The notes: generated by a model from the letters alone, not told the origin. 64,000 nucleotides of DNA from Gemmatimonadota bacterium (GCA_039587755.1 JBDHBD010000009.1:62-64061), one strand, 5' to 3'; positions 33,393-43,324 are shown, counted from the stretch's first letter. Made by a program: numbers and translations.

Positions 33393-35888
33393 ATGTACGA
33401 GCCGGATAGAACAGAGACCAGGTGGCAGGCTTTCTGGGTGGAGCAGCACACCAACGAGCCCGATCTGGATCGAGCGGCGCGACCATTCTTCAACCTGATG
33501 ATGTACCCGTACCTCTCGGGCGAGGGGCTGCACGTAGGCAACCTCTACGCATTCACGGGGGCGGACATCTTCGGCCGTTACCAGCGTCTGCGGGGCCACG
33601 ACGTCTTCGAGCCGATCGGGTTCGACGCCTTCGGGATCCACTCGGAGAACTACGCGCTCCAGGTGGGCACGCACCCTATGGAACAGATCCCGGGAAACAT
33701 CGCGAACTTCGAGCGCGTGCTGCGACGGGCCGGAATCATGTACGACTGGGCGCACACGGTCGACACCACCGATCCGGACTACTATCGCTGGACGCAGTGG
33801 ATCTTCCTGCAGCTCTTCAAGGCCGGACTGGCCGAGAAGAAGGAGGCGCCCGTCAACTGGTGCCCGTCCTGCCAGACTGTCCTCGCGAACGAACAGGTGA
33901 TCGCCGGGCGCTGCGAGCGCTGCGACACGCCCGTGGAGCAGCGGCTCCTGAGTCAGTGGTTCTTCCGCATCACGCAGTACGTGGAGCGGCTGCTGGGGAA
34001 TCTCGACTGGATCGACTGGTCGGAGACGACCAAGGTCGCGCAGCGAAACTGGATCGGCCGTTCGGATGGAGCGCGTCTCTGGTTTCCGCTGGAGCCCGGT
34101 GAGACCGCGGACGACCCGCAGGACCCGGAGGGGTCCCGTCGTGACGCGATCGAGGTGTTCACGACTCGACCGGATACCATCTTTGGGGCGACCTACATGG
34201 TGCTGGCGCCCGAGCACCCATTGGTCGAGCGGCTCACGTCCGCCGAGCAGCAGGATGAGGTGGATGCCTATCAGCGCGCGACGGCCGCGACCGACCTCGT
34301 CGAGCGGCGAAAGACGGAGAAGGCCAAGACAGGTGCCTTCACGGGCGGCTATGCGGTAAATTCGGCGACCGGCCGCAGGGTGCCTGTGTGGATCGCGGAT
34401 TACGTGCTCATGGAGTACGGAACGGGCGCCATCATGGGCGTCCCGGCGCACGACCAGCGAGATTTCGAGTTCGCGCGCGAGTTCGATCTGGAGATCCTTC
34501 CCGTCGTCGCCTCGGGGGCTATCATCGGGGCCGACGAGGACCCGGCCGTCTTCGACCTGGGTGTGGGCGCAGAGGCGTTCGTCGAGCACACCGAAGACGA
34601 GGTGCTGATCAACTCCGATCGCTTCAGCGGACTGGCGGCCGAGGAGGGCGGAAGGGCCATCGTAGAGTGGCTCGCAGAGCGTGGGCTGGGAGAGCCGCAC
34701 GTGAACTATCGACTGCACGACTGGTGCATCTCCCGGCAGCGTTACTGGGGACCGCCGATTCCGGTCATCTATTGCGATAAGTGTGGCATCCTTCCGGTTC
34801 CGGAGCGCGACCTGCCCGTTGTGCTGCCGTACGTGGAGGACTTCCGTCCGGATGCCGGCGGCGTGGCGCCGCTGGCGCGCGCGGAGGAGTTCTACCAGGC
34901 GCCTTGCCCCGAATGTGGCGGGGAGGCGCGCCGAGAGACGGACGTATCCGACACCTTTCTGGACAGCGCGTGGTACTTCATGCGCTATCCGAGCGTCGGA
35001 TTCGACGACCGGCCATTCGATACGGAGCGCACCGAGCACTGGCTGCCGGTGGACATGTACATCGGCGGTGAGGAGCACGCCGTGCTCCACCTCCTGTACT
35101 CGCGCTTCATCACGATGGTGCTGCACGACCTCGGACACCTCTCGTTCGAAGAGCCCTACAAGCGCTTCCGAAAGCACGGACTGCTGATCAAGGAGGGGGC
35201 GAAGATCTCCAAGTCACGTGGCAACGTGGTTCTGCCCGACGAATACATCGAGCGATACGGCGCGGACGTCTTTCGAACCTACCTCATGTTCCTCGGACCT
35301 TTTCAGGAAGGTGGCGACTTCCGTGACGTCGGTATCGCGGGTCCGGAGCGCTTCCTGAAGCGGGTGTGGGACAGCGTCAACGGCGCGATCGACGAGGCGA
35401 AGACCGGGTTCGATGACCCGGACGTCGAGCGGGCACTGCACGCGACGATTCGGCGGGTCACACAGGACTACGAGAGCCTCGAGTACAACACGGCGATCGC
35501 GGCACTGATGGACTACTTGAACGTCGTCCGGGCCGAGGGGCGCATCGCTTCGATCGATGAAGTGAAACCGATGGTCGTGCTGCTGGCACCGGTCGCGCCC
35601 CACATCGCGGAGGAGCTATGGGCACGGCTGGGCGAGGATCCGAGCGTGTTCGACCACGCCATGTGGCCGATGTACGACGAGGCGAAGACTCGTACCGACG
35701 ACGTGGAGATTCCCGTTCAGGTGAACGGAAAGCTGCGGGCCACGGTCCGAGTAGAGCGTGGAGCCTCGCAGGAGGCGGTGCAGGAAGTCGCCCTACGAGA
35801 GGAAAACGTCGCACGGTACCTCGAGGGAGTGGAGGTGAGGAAGGTCGTCCACGTGCCCGATCGGCTGCTGAACCTGGTGGTGGGCTAG
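33393..35888 (+). CDS. leuS: leucine--tRNA ligase
   Basis: 831 aa ORF. PYLSGEGLHVGN (HIGH-type), CP1 editing domain, KISKSRGN (KMSKS). Confidence 0.97.
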   Translation: MYEPDRTETRWQAFWVEQHTNEPDLDRAARPFFNLMMYPYLSGEGLHVGNLYAFTGADIFGRYQRLRGHDVFEPIGFDAFGIHSENYALQVGTHPMEQIPGNIANFERVLRRAGIMYDWAHTVDTTDPDYYRWTQWIFLQLFKAGLAEKKEAPVNWCPSCQTVLANEQVIAGRCERCDTPVEQRLLSQWFFRITQYVERLLGNLDWIDWSETTKVAQRNWIGRSDGARLWFPLEPGETADDPQDPEGSRRDAIEVFTTRPDTIFGATYMVLAPEHPLVERLTSAEQQDEVDAYQRATAATDLVERRKTEKAKTGAFTGGYAVNSATGRRVPVWIADYVLMEYGTGAIMGVPAHDQRDFEFAREFDLEILPVVASGAIIGADEDPAVFDLGVGAEAFVEHTEDEVLINSDRFSGLAAEEGGRAIVEWLAERGLGEPHVNYRLHDWCISRQRYWGPPIPVIYCDKCGILPVPERDLPVVLPYVEDFRPDAGGVAPLARAEEFYQAPCPECGGEARRETDVSDTFLDSAWYFMRYPSVGFDDRPFDTERTEHWLPVDMYIGGEEHAVLHLLYSRFITMVLHDLGHLSFEEPYKRFRKHGLLIKEGAKISKSRGNVVLPDEYIERYGADVFRTYLMFLGPFQEGGDFRDVGIAGPERFLKRVWDSVNGAIDEAKTGFDDPDVERALHATIRRVTQDYESLEYNTAIAALMDYLNVVRAEGRIASIDEVKPMVVLLAPVAPHIAEELWARLGEDPSVFDHAMWPMYDEAKTRTDDVEIPVQVNGKLRATVRVERGASQEAVQEVALREENVARYLEGVEVRKVVHVPDRLLNLVVG

Positions 35889-35952
35889 CCAGGCACCGAA
35901 GTTTTCCACTCGGTCGCGCCCGTGGGTGCTTGCCGACGGCAAGCCATATCGC

Positions 35953-36240
35953 CTACCAGCTGACCGAGCCCTCCTGAGAAGTGTCGATCTCGGCTGCCGG
36001 GCCCTCGCCAAACAGAAACGCGCGCAGGTTCGCGTACAGGAACTCGCGCGCCTGAAGCTGGCGCGGGTCCAATCCATAATGGTTGATGAGCGCCATCTGG
36101 TGCCGCTTCCAATCTTCCCAACACGGATCACAGATCTCGGCGAGCACCCGCTCACCCAGATCGCCGGGGATCGGAGGACGGGCCAGCGGCGTCGCCTCGG
36201 GCCTGTCACAGCGCACGCAGTGGAAATCGTCGCTGCTCAC
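35953..36240 (-). CDS. yggX: Fe(2+)-trafficking / oxidative-damage protection protein YggX-like
   Basis: 95 aa ORF. PIPGDLGERVLAEICDPCWEDWKRHQMALINHYGLDP..REFL parallels E. coli YggX ([31 protein letters not shown]). GTG start overlaps the upstream TGA. Confidence 0.8.
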   Translation of the reverse strand: MSSDDFHCVRCDRPEATPLARPPIPGDLGERVLAEICDPCWEDWKRHQMALINHYGLDPRQLQAREFLYANLRAFLFGEGPAAEIDTSQEGSVSW

Positions 36241-38246
36241 CGCGGCACGACCAGGATCGAGCTGTTCGTAGCGCGCAGCACACGACTCGTCACGCCAGTC
36301 AGCAGAGAACGGCCGGGCACCCCTCGCCCCCAGCCTCCGCCCAGCACGACGAGATTGGCCGACTCACTCTCGGCCACCGCCAGGATCTGCATCACCGGCC
36401 GTCCCTGGAGCACCTGGACCTGGACGTCCAGCGGTTCACGCAGCGCTGGCGGGACGAGCTCGAGCGCGTCGGCGCGGGCCGCCGACCTCAGTTTGGCTAA
36501 CGTGTCGCGGACGACTTCGGACGAGCTCACGGCTCTCAGATACGCCTGCAGGGTGCGCGTGATTACGTGGAGGACGATGAGGCGTGCCTTGAACTCTCTC
36601 GCCACCTCGGCCGCCATCTCGACGACCGCGGCGCTCCCGCCGTGCAGGTCGAGCGCGGCCAGCACGGTGCGATCTTCCGGATCGGCGAGACGCGGGACCG
36701 GTCTCCACGCGTACAACGGCTTCTTCGCCTGGTCGAGGATGCGGGCAACCGTGGAATCGGTCGCTTGCTGCGACCAGGGTCGAGGACGTGGGGCGCCGAC
36801 CACGACAAGGTCGGCCTGTACCTCCTGCGCCACCTCACCGATCTGGCGGTGCACGGCGCCCGATCGGATCTCGATTCGCGCATCCAGGCCGTGCTCCTCA
36901 CCCAGATGCTCGAGGTTTGCTCGCACATCCAGCTCTTTCTCCGCCCGCAGAGCGAGCTCGTCCCCGAGGGCGCGCGCGACATAATCCGGCGGTCGATAGC
37001 GAGGGATCACATGACACAGAACGACCTCGGCGTCCGGGAAATGGCGGGCCACCCACTCGAGCGCGTTCACCGAGGGATCGGAGAAATCCACGGCGACGAG
37101 AATGCGGTTGTACATGGGAGCCGAAGCTACGTCAGTCATCGCCCCGACGCACGGCTGACCCGTCTCCGGCGGGTCGGGCGTAACGGTGGACGAGATGCCG
37201 GACAGACTGTCGAGGGCGGCCCACGGGTTTCCCTGTCGCGCCACCGCGAGGAGCGCATGCAGCGCCTCCGCCAACGTGTCGTGACGCTCGTACACCGCTT
37301 CGAAATCGTCCAGGCGGTCGTAGTACAGCAACCGGGAGAGCACCCAGGCGTTATTGAGCCGTTCGGGATTCAACGATCTGTAGGTGCCGCCCACCAGCTC
37401 GGGCTTCACCTCATCCTCGAAGCGCCGCGCCGCGTCTCGGAAGATCGCGCTCTTCCGGGCGCGCTTTTCATCATCCGACAGCTCGCCGGCGTACGCCTCG
37501 CCAAGCGGCTCCGCGATGGAGCGAAAGAATCGGCCGAACGTCCGCGTGTCCTCCCAGCGCCGTCGCGCGTGGTCGCACAGGCGTTCGTCCGCGAGCGCTC
37601 GACAGAAGAAATCGATCGCCCCGCGGCGTCCCACGAAGTTCGCGAAGCTCTCGTTGAAGTCGGCTCGTCCGGCGGCGAAGAACGTGGTGTGGGTGATCTC
37701 GTGAATCACGGTGGTGACCACCGACACGCTGTCACTTCGCAGGGCCGTGGAAACGACAGGATCGGGCAGCCAGCCGGCCGTGCTGAACGCCGGGACGGGT
37801 CGAACGGACACGTCGAAGCCCTCGTCCGCGAGTCGGTCACCCTCGGCCAGCGCGTCCTCGAAGTCGAAGTACCCGCGATACGGGACGCGACCCACGATCG
37901 GAAACCACCAAGTGAGCCACCGCAGCTCCAGCTCGTGGGCGGCGGCGACGGCCAGAATGAGCGTGTCTCGCGATAGCTCTACGTAGCTTCGGAAGCTGTC
38001 GGCCGCGTCGAGACCCAGCTCCCGCACGGCGAAATCGCGTGCGTCCTCGACCAGTCGGAGCTTCCCCCGAACTGCCGGCGCAACCGTCGTGTCGTGGATG
38101 ACCTCTTCGATCGGCCGGCGCTGCGAGAGGAGTCGAGCTTCCTCCCACCCGGCGCGCAGCACGTACGTGGGCGAGCAGGCGCTGCACGCCAACAGGGCCA
38201 CGAGCCCGACCCCAGTCCGGTCCATGAAAGGACGAATGGCGTTCAT
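36237..38246 (-). CDS. fusion ORF: predicted aminopeptidase (DUF2265-type zinc peptidase, lipoprotein) + two universal stress protein (UspA) domains
   Basis: Single 669 aa frame with no internal stop. N-terminus LLACSACSP lipobox, WWFPIVGRVPYRGYFD, VIHEITHTTFF, FNESFANFVG. From about residue 370 (MTDVASAPMYNRILVAVDFSD..) there are two USP units, the second ending LVVLGG..GRSLLTGVTSRVLRATNSSILVVPR. Internal ATGs at 37139/37115 could instead start a separate USP gene. Confidence 0.8.
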   Translation of the reverse strand: MNAIRPFMDRTGVGLVALLACSACSPTYVLRAGWEEARLLSQRRPIEEVIHDTTVAPAVRGKLRLVEDARDFAVRELGLDAADSFRSYVELSRDTLILAVAAAHELELRWLTWWFPIVGRVPYRGYFDFEDALAEGDRLADEGFDVSVRPVPAFSTAGWLPDPVVSTALRSDSVSVVTTVIHEITHTTFFAAGRADFNESFANFVGRRGAIDFFCRALADERLCDHARRRWEDTRTFGRFFRSIAEPLGEAYAGELSDDEKRARKSAIFRDAARRFEDEVKPELVGGTYRSLNPERLNNAWVLSRLLYYDRLDDFEAVYERHDTLAEALHALLAVARQGNPWAALDSLSGISSTVTPDPPETGQPCVGAMTDVASAPMYNRILVAVDFSDPSVNALEWVARHFPDAEVVLCHVIPRYRPPDYVARALGDELALRAEKELDVRANLEHLGEEHGLDARIEIRSGAVHRQIGEVAQEVQADLVVVGAPRPRPWSQQATDSTVARILDQAKKPLYAWRPVPRLADPEDRTVLAALDLHGGSAAVVEMAAEVAREFKARLIVLHVITRTLQAYLRAVSSSEVVRDTLAKLRSAARADALELVPPALREPLDVQVQVLQGRPVMQILAVAESESANLVVLGGGWGRGVPGRSLLTGVTSRVLRATNSSILVVPR

Positions 38247-38395
38247 GCGATTCTAGTACGGTGTTGGCGAAGGGCGGATCCCTCGCGCACGGACACGAAC
38301 GATACGCGAGGCAGTGGGTAGGACGTACCCGCAGCGTGGCACTCCACGCAACGGCGCTCCGGCCGTAGGCGCAGGATACCCCAGCCAGAAGACGG

Positions 38396-38722
38396 ATGGA
38401 CGACGAACGGTCCCAGCGACCGGCACCCACGGACAGCGATGTGCGACGCGCGTTGCTCGCGTTCGGAGATCTGCTCCGACGGCTGGAGGATCAGGGTCGG
38501 CTCCTGAGCTCATTGCCTCTGGTCCAGGGGCGTCTGGGCGACCTGAGGCGTCTGATATTCGAGTACGAAGTCCGGGTAACCGAGCGGCTTCTACCCACCG
38601 CTGATCCGACGGAGCGGAACGCTCGTCGCATCGTCCGCGAGGCGCAGGAGCGGGACCAACAGGCCGCCGAGGACTGGACTGGCGACTGGACGCCGCCGGA
38701 AGAGCCGGAGGCGGACGGCTAG
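38396..38722 (+). CDS. hypothetical protein
   Basis: 108 aa ORF. Helical, Arg/Leu/Glu-rich. Its stop shares the palindrome CTAG with the convergent methyltransferase stop. Confidence 0.45.
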   Translation: MDDERSQRPAPTDSDVRRALLAFGDLLRRLEDQGRLLSSLPLVQGRLGDLRRLIFEYEVRVTERLLPTADPTERNARRIVREAQERDQQAAEDWTGDWTPPEEPEADG

Positions 38723-39834
38723 CCGACCCGGATATAGTGAAGGTGCTCGCACACCGCGTCCCGCCGGTAGGTGCGGCGTGGACCGTCGGAATCGCTCCGA
38801 TACCGACGGTAGTCGTGCGTGAAGCAGCGGTACGTCTCCGGTCGACCACGGGCACGGAACGCGTCCTCGATCACTCCCCGCGAGAGCAGGCCTTCGTCGT
38901 TGTAGCTCAGCAGAAGGTGCTTCGCGTCAGCGACGCTCAGCAGGTCTCGCAGGGCCTGCTCGGCCTTGCCGCGCCGGCACCAGTCCGAGCGACGCTCTTC
39001 GTCCGGGATGAGCCCCGTCTTGCCACGCAGCTCCGGCTCCGGCGACCAGCCGCCGGCTATAAGCTCCGGGATGTGGTAGTACGCCGGGTATTGGCGGCTG
39101 TTGTAGGGCGGGTCCACATACAGCAGGTCCAGGGAGCCACGCTCGGCCAGCATCCGCTCGGCCGGACCATGGTACGCCGTGCACCCGGCTGGCCCATCGG
39201 GTGAGCGCGTCGGTCGAACGGCCCGAAGCTCGAGTGACCGGCGAGCGTTGGACTGCCATGTCTTCACGAACGAGGCGTAGACTCCAGTCGTGTTCGCGAC
39301 CCGGTCAGCGGCCTCAAGGAGCGTGGCGATGAGTAACTGTGTCCTCCTCCTCCCGATGGTTCCCTTCGTGTTCCAGCGGGCGATTCGCTCACGAATAGAG
39401 TCCAGCTGACGGGCGTTGTCGCTCGTGAAGTACATGCGGCCGTGTCGGCTCCCGGCGTCGCCGTCCGGTGTGTAGTGCTCGGTCAAGAAGCCGTGTCGAC
39501 CCGGCAGGGTCTGGAGCCAGGCGAGCATTCGGCTGTACGAGATAGTGGCCGAACCGCCCGCTCGGCAGGACTCGGGGATGAGCTCACCCGGGAAGCTGGG
39601 CGTGCGGTCCAGTTCGACGCGTGCCACCTGGAGCGCATAGGAGGAGGCCATCAGGTCGCCGGCATGAACCCGCCAGCCCGACCTCTTGAGAGCACTGGCC
39701 ACACTCGCCGTGCCCGCGAACGGATCGGCGGCCGTCCCCGGCTCGATACCGAGCTCCCGGATCGTCTGGAGCAGGAACGGGGTGAGGCGGGTCTTGTTGC
39801 CCAGATATCGCACACCGCAGGATAGGGCATGCAT
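38719..39834 (-). CDS. N6-adenine DNA methyltransferase (Dam-like, alpha-class order: motif I ... DPPY)
   Basis: 371 aa ORF. RYLGNKTRL, DPFAGTASV (FxGxG), LLYVDPPYNSRQY (motif IV). Confidence 0.85.
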   Translation of the reverse strand: MHALSCGVRYLGNKTRLTPFLLQTIRELGIEPGTAADPFAGTASVASALKRSGWRVHAGDLMASSYALQVARVELDRTPSFPGELIPESCRAGGSATISYSRMLAWLQTLPGRHGFLTEHYTPDGDAGSRHGRMYFTSDNARQLDSIRERIARWNTKGTIGRRRTQLLIATLLEAADRVANTTGVYASFVKTWQSNARRSLELRAVRPTRSPDGPAGCTAYHGPAERMLAERGSLDLLYVDPPYNSRQYPAYYHIPELIAGGWSPEPELRGKTGLIPDEERRSDWCRRGKAEQALRDLLSVADAKHLLLSYNDEGLLSRGVIEDAFRARGRPETYRCFTHDYRRYRSDSDGPRRTYRRDAVCEHLHYIRVG

Positions 39835-39857
39835 CCAGCCCGCGAAAGCACGCCCGC

Positions 39858-41183
39858 GTGAACCTGATCGAGACCGCGTATGGCGCTCTACTCGGCGTCT
39901 TCCGTGTTCTGTCGCCGCTCCTCGGGGTCCTGCGGCCCGGACACGCGGCCGACCTGGCCGAGCGCAGAAACGCGCCTGGGCTGATGGCGTTGTGGGCGCG
40001 GGCTGCCCGGCAGGCCGATCGGCCGCTGCTGTGGCTGCACGGCCCGTCGGCCGGCGAGTTGCTGGGAGCAGAGCCGGTGCTCGCCACTCTGCGGCGCGAA
40101 CTCGATCTTCAGCTGTGCGTGACGTTTACTTCCGGCTCGGCCCGCCCCGCGGTCGATCGCCTGCAGCCTGACTTTGCGGGCCTGGCCCCCGTCGATTCGC
40201 CCCGGCAGTGTCGATCGGCGATCGCGGCCCTGGAACCCTCGGCCATCGTGTTCGCCAAGCTCGACGTATGGCCGGGTCTGACTGGTGCCGCCGTGGCTCT
40301 CGGTGTGCCGATCGGACTCATCAACGGCACCGTGCGGCCCGACAGCTCGCGCCTCCGGCCGCTGGCGCGCCGGCTCCTCCGACCGGCCTACGCACGACTC
40401 CAGCGCGCGGGCGCGGCCACGGCAACGGATCGCGAACGCCTGCTGGCCCTGGGCGTGCGGTCCGAAGCCTGCACGGTCACGGGCGACGCGGCCTTCGACC
40501 TCGTGCTCGATCGCGTGGCGAAGGCCCGAGCAAGCGCTTCCTCCGCCCACCGATTACTCGAACGCCGGGCTGGGCAGACACCCGATGAAACGACCGATGC
40601 CGAAATGCCCCTGCGGATCGTCGCCGGTTCCACCTGGCCGGAGGACGAAGCCCTTCTGCTGGGTGCCGCCGCGGAGCTCCGACAGGATGCGTTCCCCTTC
40701 GAGCTGATTCTGGTGCCGCACCAGCCGACGGCGTCCGCCGTCGACCGTCTGCGCCACCGCTGTCGCGAGATCCTGAACGAGGAGCCGGACTTGTGGACGC
40801 GTATCGCAAGCGGCCGTTCCTCCGGCGCCCCGCTGATCGTGGACGTTGTGGGTCCTCTTGCCGAGCTGTACCTGGCCGCAGACGTGGCGTACGTAGGCGG
40901 TGGGCTGGGCGACACGGGTCTCCACTCGGTGATCGAGCCGGCCGCCGCCGGCGTGCCGGTGGTGTTCGGCCCGCGTCACTCCCGACGTGAGGCGTCGGAG
41001 CTGCTGACGCGAGGGGCCGCTCGAGAGATCGACGCGACATCGGCCGCCGCCGTGCTTCGTGAGCTCTCGGGACGACCCGACGTTCGTCGGCGCATGGGAG
41101 AGCTGGCCCGGACCTACGTGGGGGAAGGGGCAGGCGCCGCCTCGGCGGGCGCTGATCTGATAGCCGGGCTGATCGCTAGTTAG
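39858..41183 (+). CDS. waaA: 3-deoxy-D-manno-octulosonic acid (Kdo) transferase
   Basis: 441 aa ORF. RPLLWLHGPSAGELLGAEPVLATLR (compare WiHaaSvGE), C-terminal YVGGGL..GLHSVIEPAAAGVPVVFGP. Confidence 0.85.
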   Translation: MNLIETAYGALLGVFRVLSPLLGVLRPGHAADLAERRNAPGLMALWARAARQADRPLLWLHGPSAGELLGAEPVLATLRRELDLQLCVTFTSGSARPAVDRLQPDFAGLAPVDSPRQCRSAIAALEPSAIVFAKLDVWPGLTGAAVALGVPIGLINGTVRPDSSRLRPLARRLLRPAYARLQRAGAATATDRERLLALGVRSEACTVTGDAAFDLVLDRVAKARASASSAHRLLERRAGQTPDETTDAEMPLRIVAGSTWPEDEALLLGAAAELRQDAFPFELILVPHQPTASAVDRLRHRCREILNEEPDLWTRIASGRSSGAPLIVDVVGPLAELYLAADVAYVGGGLGDTGLHSVIEPAAAGVPVVFGPRHSRREASELLTRGAAREIDATSAAAVLRELSGRPDVRRRMGELARTYVGEGAGAASAGADLIAGLIAS

Positions 41184-41247
41184 CGTACCCGAGTACAACG
41201 GCGATCGAATGCAGCCTTACTTGTGCTCGCGACGCAATAGCCGGTGC

Positions 41248-41472
41248 TCAGTCGGCGCGTCCCAGCATTTCCGGCTTCGGGCCCAACACGAACCAGAACA
41301 GCAGGCCGACGATCGGACACAGCACGATCACCGCACACCACAACCACTTCTCCCGCAGGTCGGCCGCGGATCGCCACACAAGCCCGATGCACCAGGCATC
41401 GAGCATCAGAACAAACGCCCCCAGAAGGAACCGTGAATCCACACCTGCGATGAACTTCAGCACTTCGCTCAT
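41248..41472 (-). CDS. PLD-nuclease N-terminal (PLDc_N) small membrane protein
   Basis: 74 aa ORF. Two TM segments. KWLWCAVIVLCPIVGLLFWFVLGPKP is typical of PLDc_N. Confidence 0.7.
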   Translation of the reverse strand: MSEVLKFIAGVDSRFLLGAFVLMLDAWCIGLVWRSAADLREKWLWCAVIVLCPIVGLLFWFVLGPKPEMLGRAD

Positions 41473-41479
41473 GTGATCC

Positions 41480-43324
41480 TCACGCGGCGGCTGTGGCGAA
41501 TTGCAGTCGGTGGAGACGTGCGTAGAGCCCGCCGCGCTCTAGGAGCTCTTCGTGTGTGCCCGCCTCAGGGATCTCGCCGTGGTGAAGGACGAGAATACGG
41601 TCCGCCTCCTGGATCGTCGACAGGCGGTGAGCGATGACGAGGCTCGTGCGCCCCTCCATCAGCTTCTCGAGCGCGTGCTGGATCCGGGCCTCGATCTCGG
41701 AGTCGACCGAGCTTGTCGCCTCATCGAGCAGCAGGATGGGCGGATCGCCGGCCAGCGCCCGGGCAAATGACAAAAGCTGCCGTTCTCCCACGCTCAGACT
41801 GCTGCCTCGCTCGCCGAGCTCCTGATCGTACCCCGCGTCCAGACGCTCGATATAGTGATCGACGCCTACCCGCCGGGCGGCCCGGCGCAACGTCTGCTCG
41901 TCGATCCCTCTGGCCAACTTGATGTTGTCGCGTGCCGTGCCCGAGAACAGATACACATCCTGCAGGACCAGGCCCATGGCAGATCGCAGCTCGGCAATCG
42001 GAACGTCACGGATGTCCACGCCGTCCAGGGTGATCCGTCCACGCTGTGGCTCGTAGAACCGCATCAGCAGGCTCAGCAGCGTCGACTTCCCGGCGCCCGT
42101 GGCCCCGACGATCGCGAGACGCTGCCCGGGCTCGGCGACAAAGTCGACGCCTCGCAGTACCCACTCGCGCTCGGGGTGCAGGGCGACGGCGGCCGCCTCG
42201 GACTGCAGCTCGTCTTCGGTGGGTTCCAGATAGCGGAACCACACACCCTCGAAAGCGATGCGCCCGCGGACCGGCTGCGGCAGCACGGTCGGTTCGGCCG
42301 GCTCTGCGATCGCCGGCTCTTCGTCCAACAATCGGAAGACACGCTCCGAGCTCGCCATGGCACTCTGAAGGATGTTGTACTTCTCCGACAGGTCCTGGAT
42401 GGGCCGGAAGAAACGCCTCACATACTGGAGGAACGCCGCGATCACACCCACGGTGAGCGCGCCCTGCAGCGCCTGGCCGCCTCCGTACCAGACGATGAGC
42501 GCCGTCGCCACGGCGGCCAGGATCTCCACCGCCGGAAAGAAGAGGGCGTAGTATCGGATCGACCGCAGATGCGCCTGAAGGTGGTCCCGGTTGATCTCAC
42601 GGAAGCGGTCGTCGGTCGGAGTCTCCTGTCGGTACAGCTGCACCACCGACATGCCGCTGATTCGCTCCTGCAGAAACGCGTTGATTCGGGCCAGCCGCAC
42701 CCGGATCTGTCGATACGCGTCACGCACCTTTCGGCGAAACAGCGACGCGAGCACAAACACGGCGGGGAGAACCGCGAAGGTGACGAGGGCGAGCCGCCAA
42801 TCGAGTACGAGCAGCGCCACCATGATGAACGCCACGGTGAACACGTCACCGAAGATCGTCACGACCCCGGAGGTAAACATCTCGTTCAGCACCTCCACGT
42901 CACTCGTGACGCGGGTCATGAGGCGTCCCACCGGGTTGCGGTCGAAGAACGCGAGGTTCAGACGCTGGAGGTGTCCAAAGATCTGACCTCGCAGATCGCG
43001 CATCACCGACTGGCCGATCCAGGTCGTGAGCAGGGTCCGCCCGTACCCGAGCGCGCCCGAGAGAAGCAGGGAGAGGAGGTAAAGCGAACCGAGCAGCCCG
43101 AGCAGACCCCGATCACCGGTGGCGATCGCGTCGTCGATCGCCAGCTTCGTGAGCCAGGGACCGACGAGCTCGACGGCGGACGCGGCGACCAGCATGAGCA
43201 CGGCGGCGATCACGCGCCACCGGTAGGGGTACAGGTAGCGCAGGAGCCGCCGCATCAGCCGGGCGTCATACGCCTTGCCGAGCGCCTCTTCTTCGTGGAT
43301 CGGGCCTTCCGGACTCGCCTGCAC
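41480..43324 (-). CDS. ABC exporter, fused permease/ATPase (MsbA/lipid A-export-like)
   Basis: C-terminal 614 aa of the 1004 aa ORF. GTG 43324 (VQASPEGPIHEEEALGKAYDARLMRRLLRYLYPYRW). Six TM helices. GATGAGKST Walker A, LSVGERQLL signature, ILLLDEATS Walker B. Confidence 0.9.
   Translation of the reverse strand: MQASPEGPIHEEEALGKAYDARLMRRLLRYLYPYRWRVIAAVLMLVAASAVELVGPWLTKLAIDDAIATGDRGLLGLLGSLYLLSLLLSGALGYGRTLLTTWIGQSVMRDLRGQIFGHLQRLNLAFFDRNPVGRLMTRVTSDVEVLNEMFTSGVVTIFGDVFTVAFIMVALLVLDWRLALVTFAVLPAVFVLASLFRRKVRDAYRQIRVRLARINAFLQERISGMSVVQLYRQETPTDDRFREINRDHLQAHLRSIRYYALFFPAVEILAAVATALIVWYGGGQALQGALTVGVIAAFLQYVRRFFRPIQDLSEKYNILQSAMASSERVFRLLDEEPAIAEPAEPTVLPQPVRGRIAFEGVWFRYLEPTEDELQSEAAAVALHPEREWVLRGVDFVAEPGQRLAIVGATGAGKSTLLSLLMRFYEPQRGRITLDGVDIRDVPIAELRSAMGLVLQDVYLFSGTARDNIKLARGIDEQTLRRAARRVGVDHYIERLDAGYDQELGERGSSLSVGERQLLSFARALAGDPPILLLDEATSSVDSEIEARIQHALEKLMEGRTSLVIAHRLSTIQEADRILVLHHGEIPEAGTHEELLERGGLYARLHRLQFATAAA

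Noticed and set aside
32754-35177. 807-aa ORF antisense to leuS, plus similar long antisense or out-of-frame ORFs (14014-14958, 15183-16367, 16386-17441, 18013-19113, 44858-45928, 50136-51995, 58404-60032, 12905-14230, 8768-9610)
   Set aside because: Arg/Gly/Pro/Ala-rich low-complexity translations with no motifs. They lie opposite genes with unambiguous family signatures. These are typical stop-free shadow frames in high-GC DNA.
35928-35942. Hairpin CTTGCC-GAC-GGCAAG between the convergent leuS and yggX genes as a bidirectional terminator
   Set aside because: It has only a 6-bp stem with a 3-nt loop and no U-tract on either strand. This is too weak to call.
38247-41183. Restriction-modification or other defence system around the adenine methyltransferase
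   Set aside because: No endonuclease, specificity subunit, helicase or ATPase gene is adjacent. The neighbours are an LPS Kdo transferase and a small unknown ORF.
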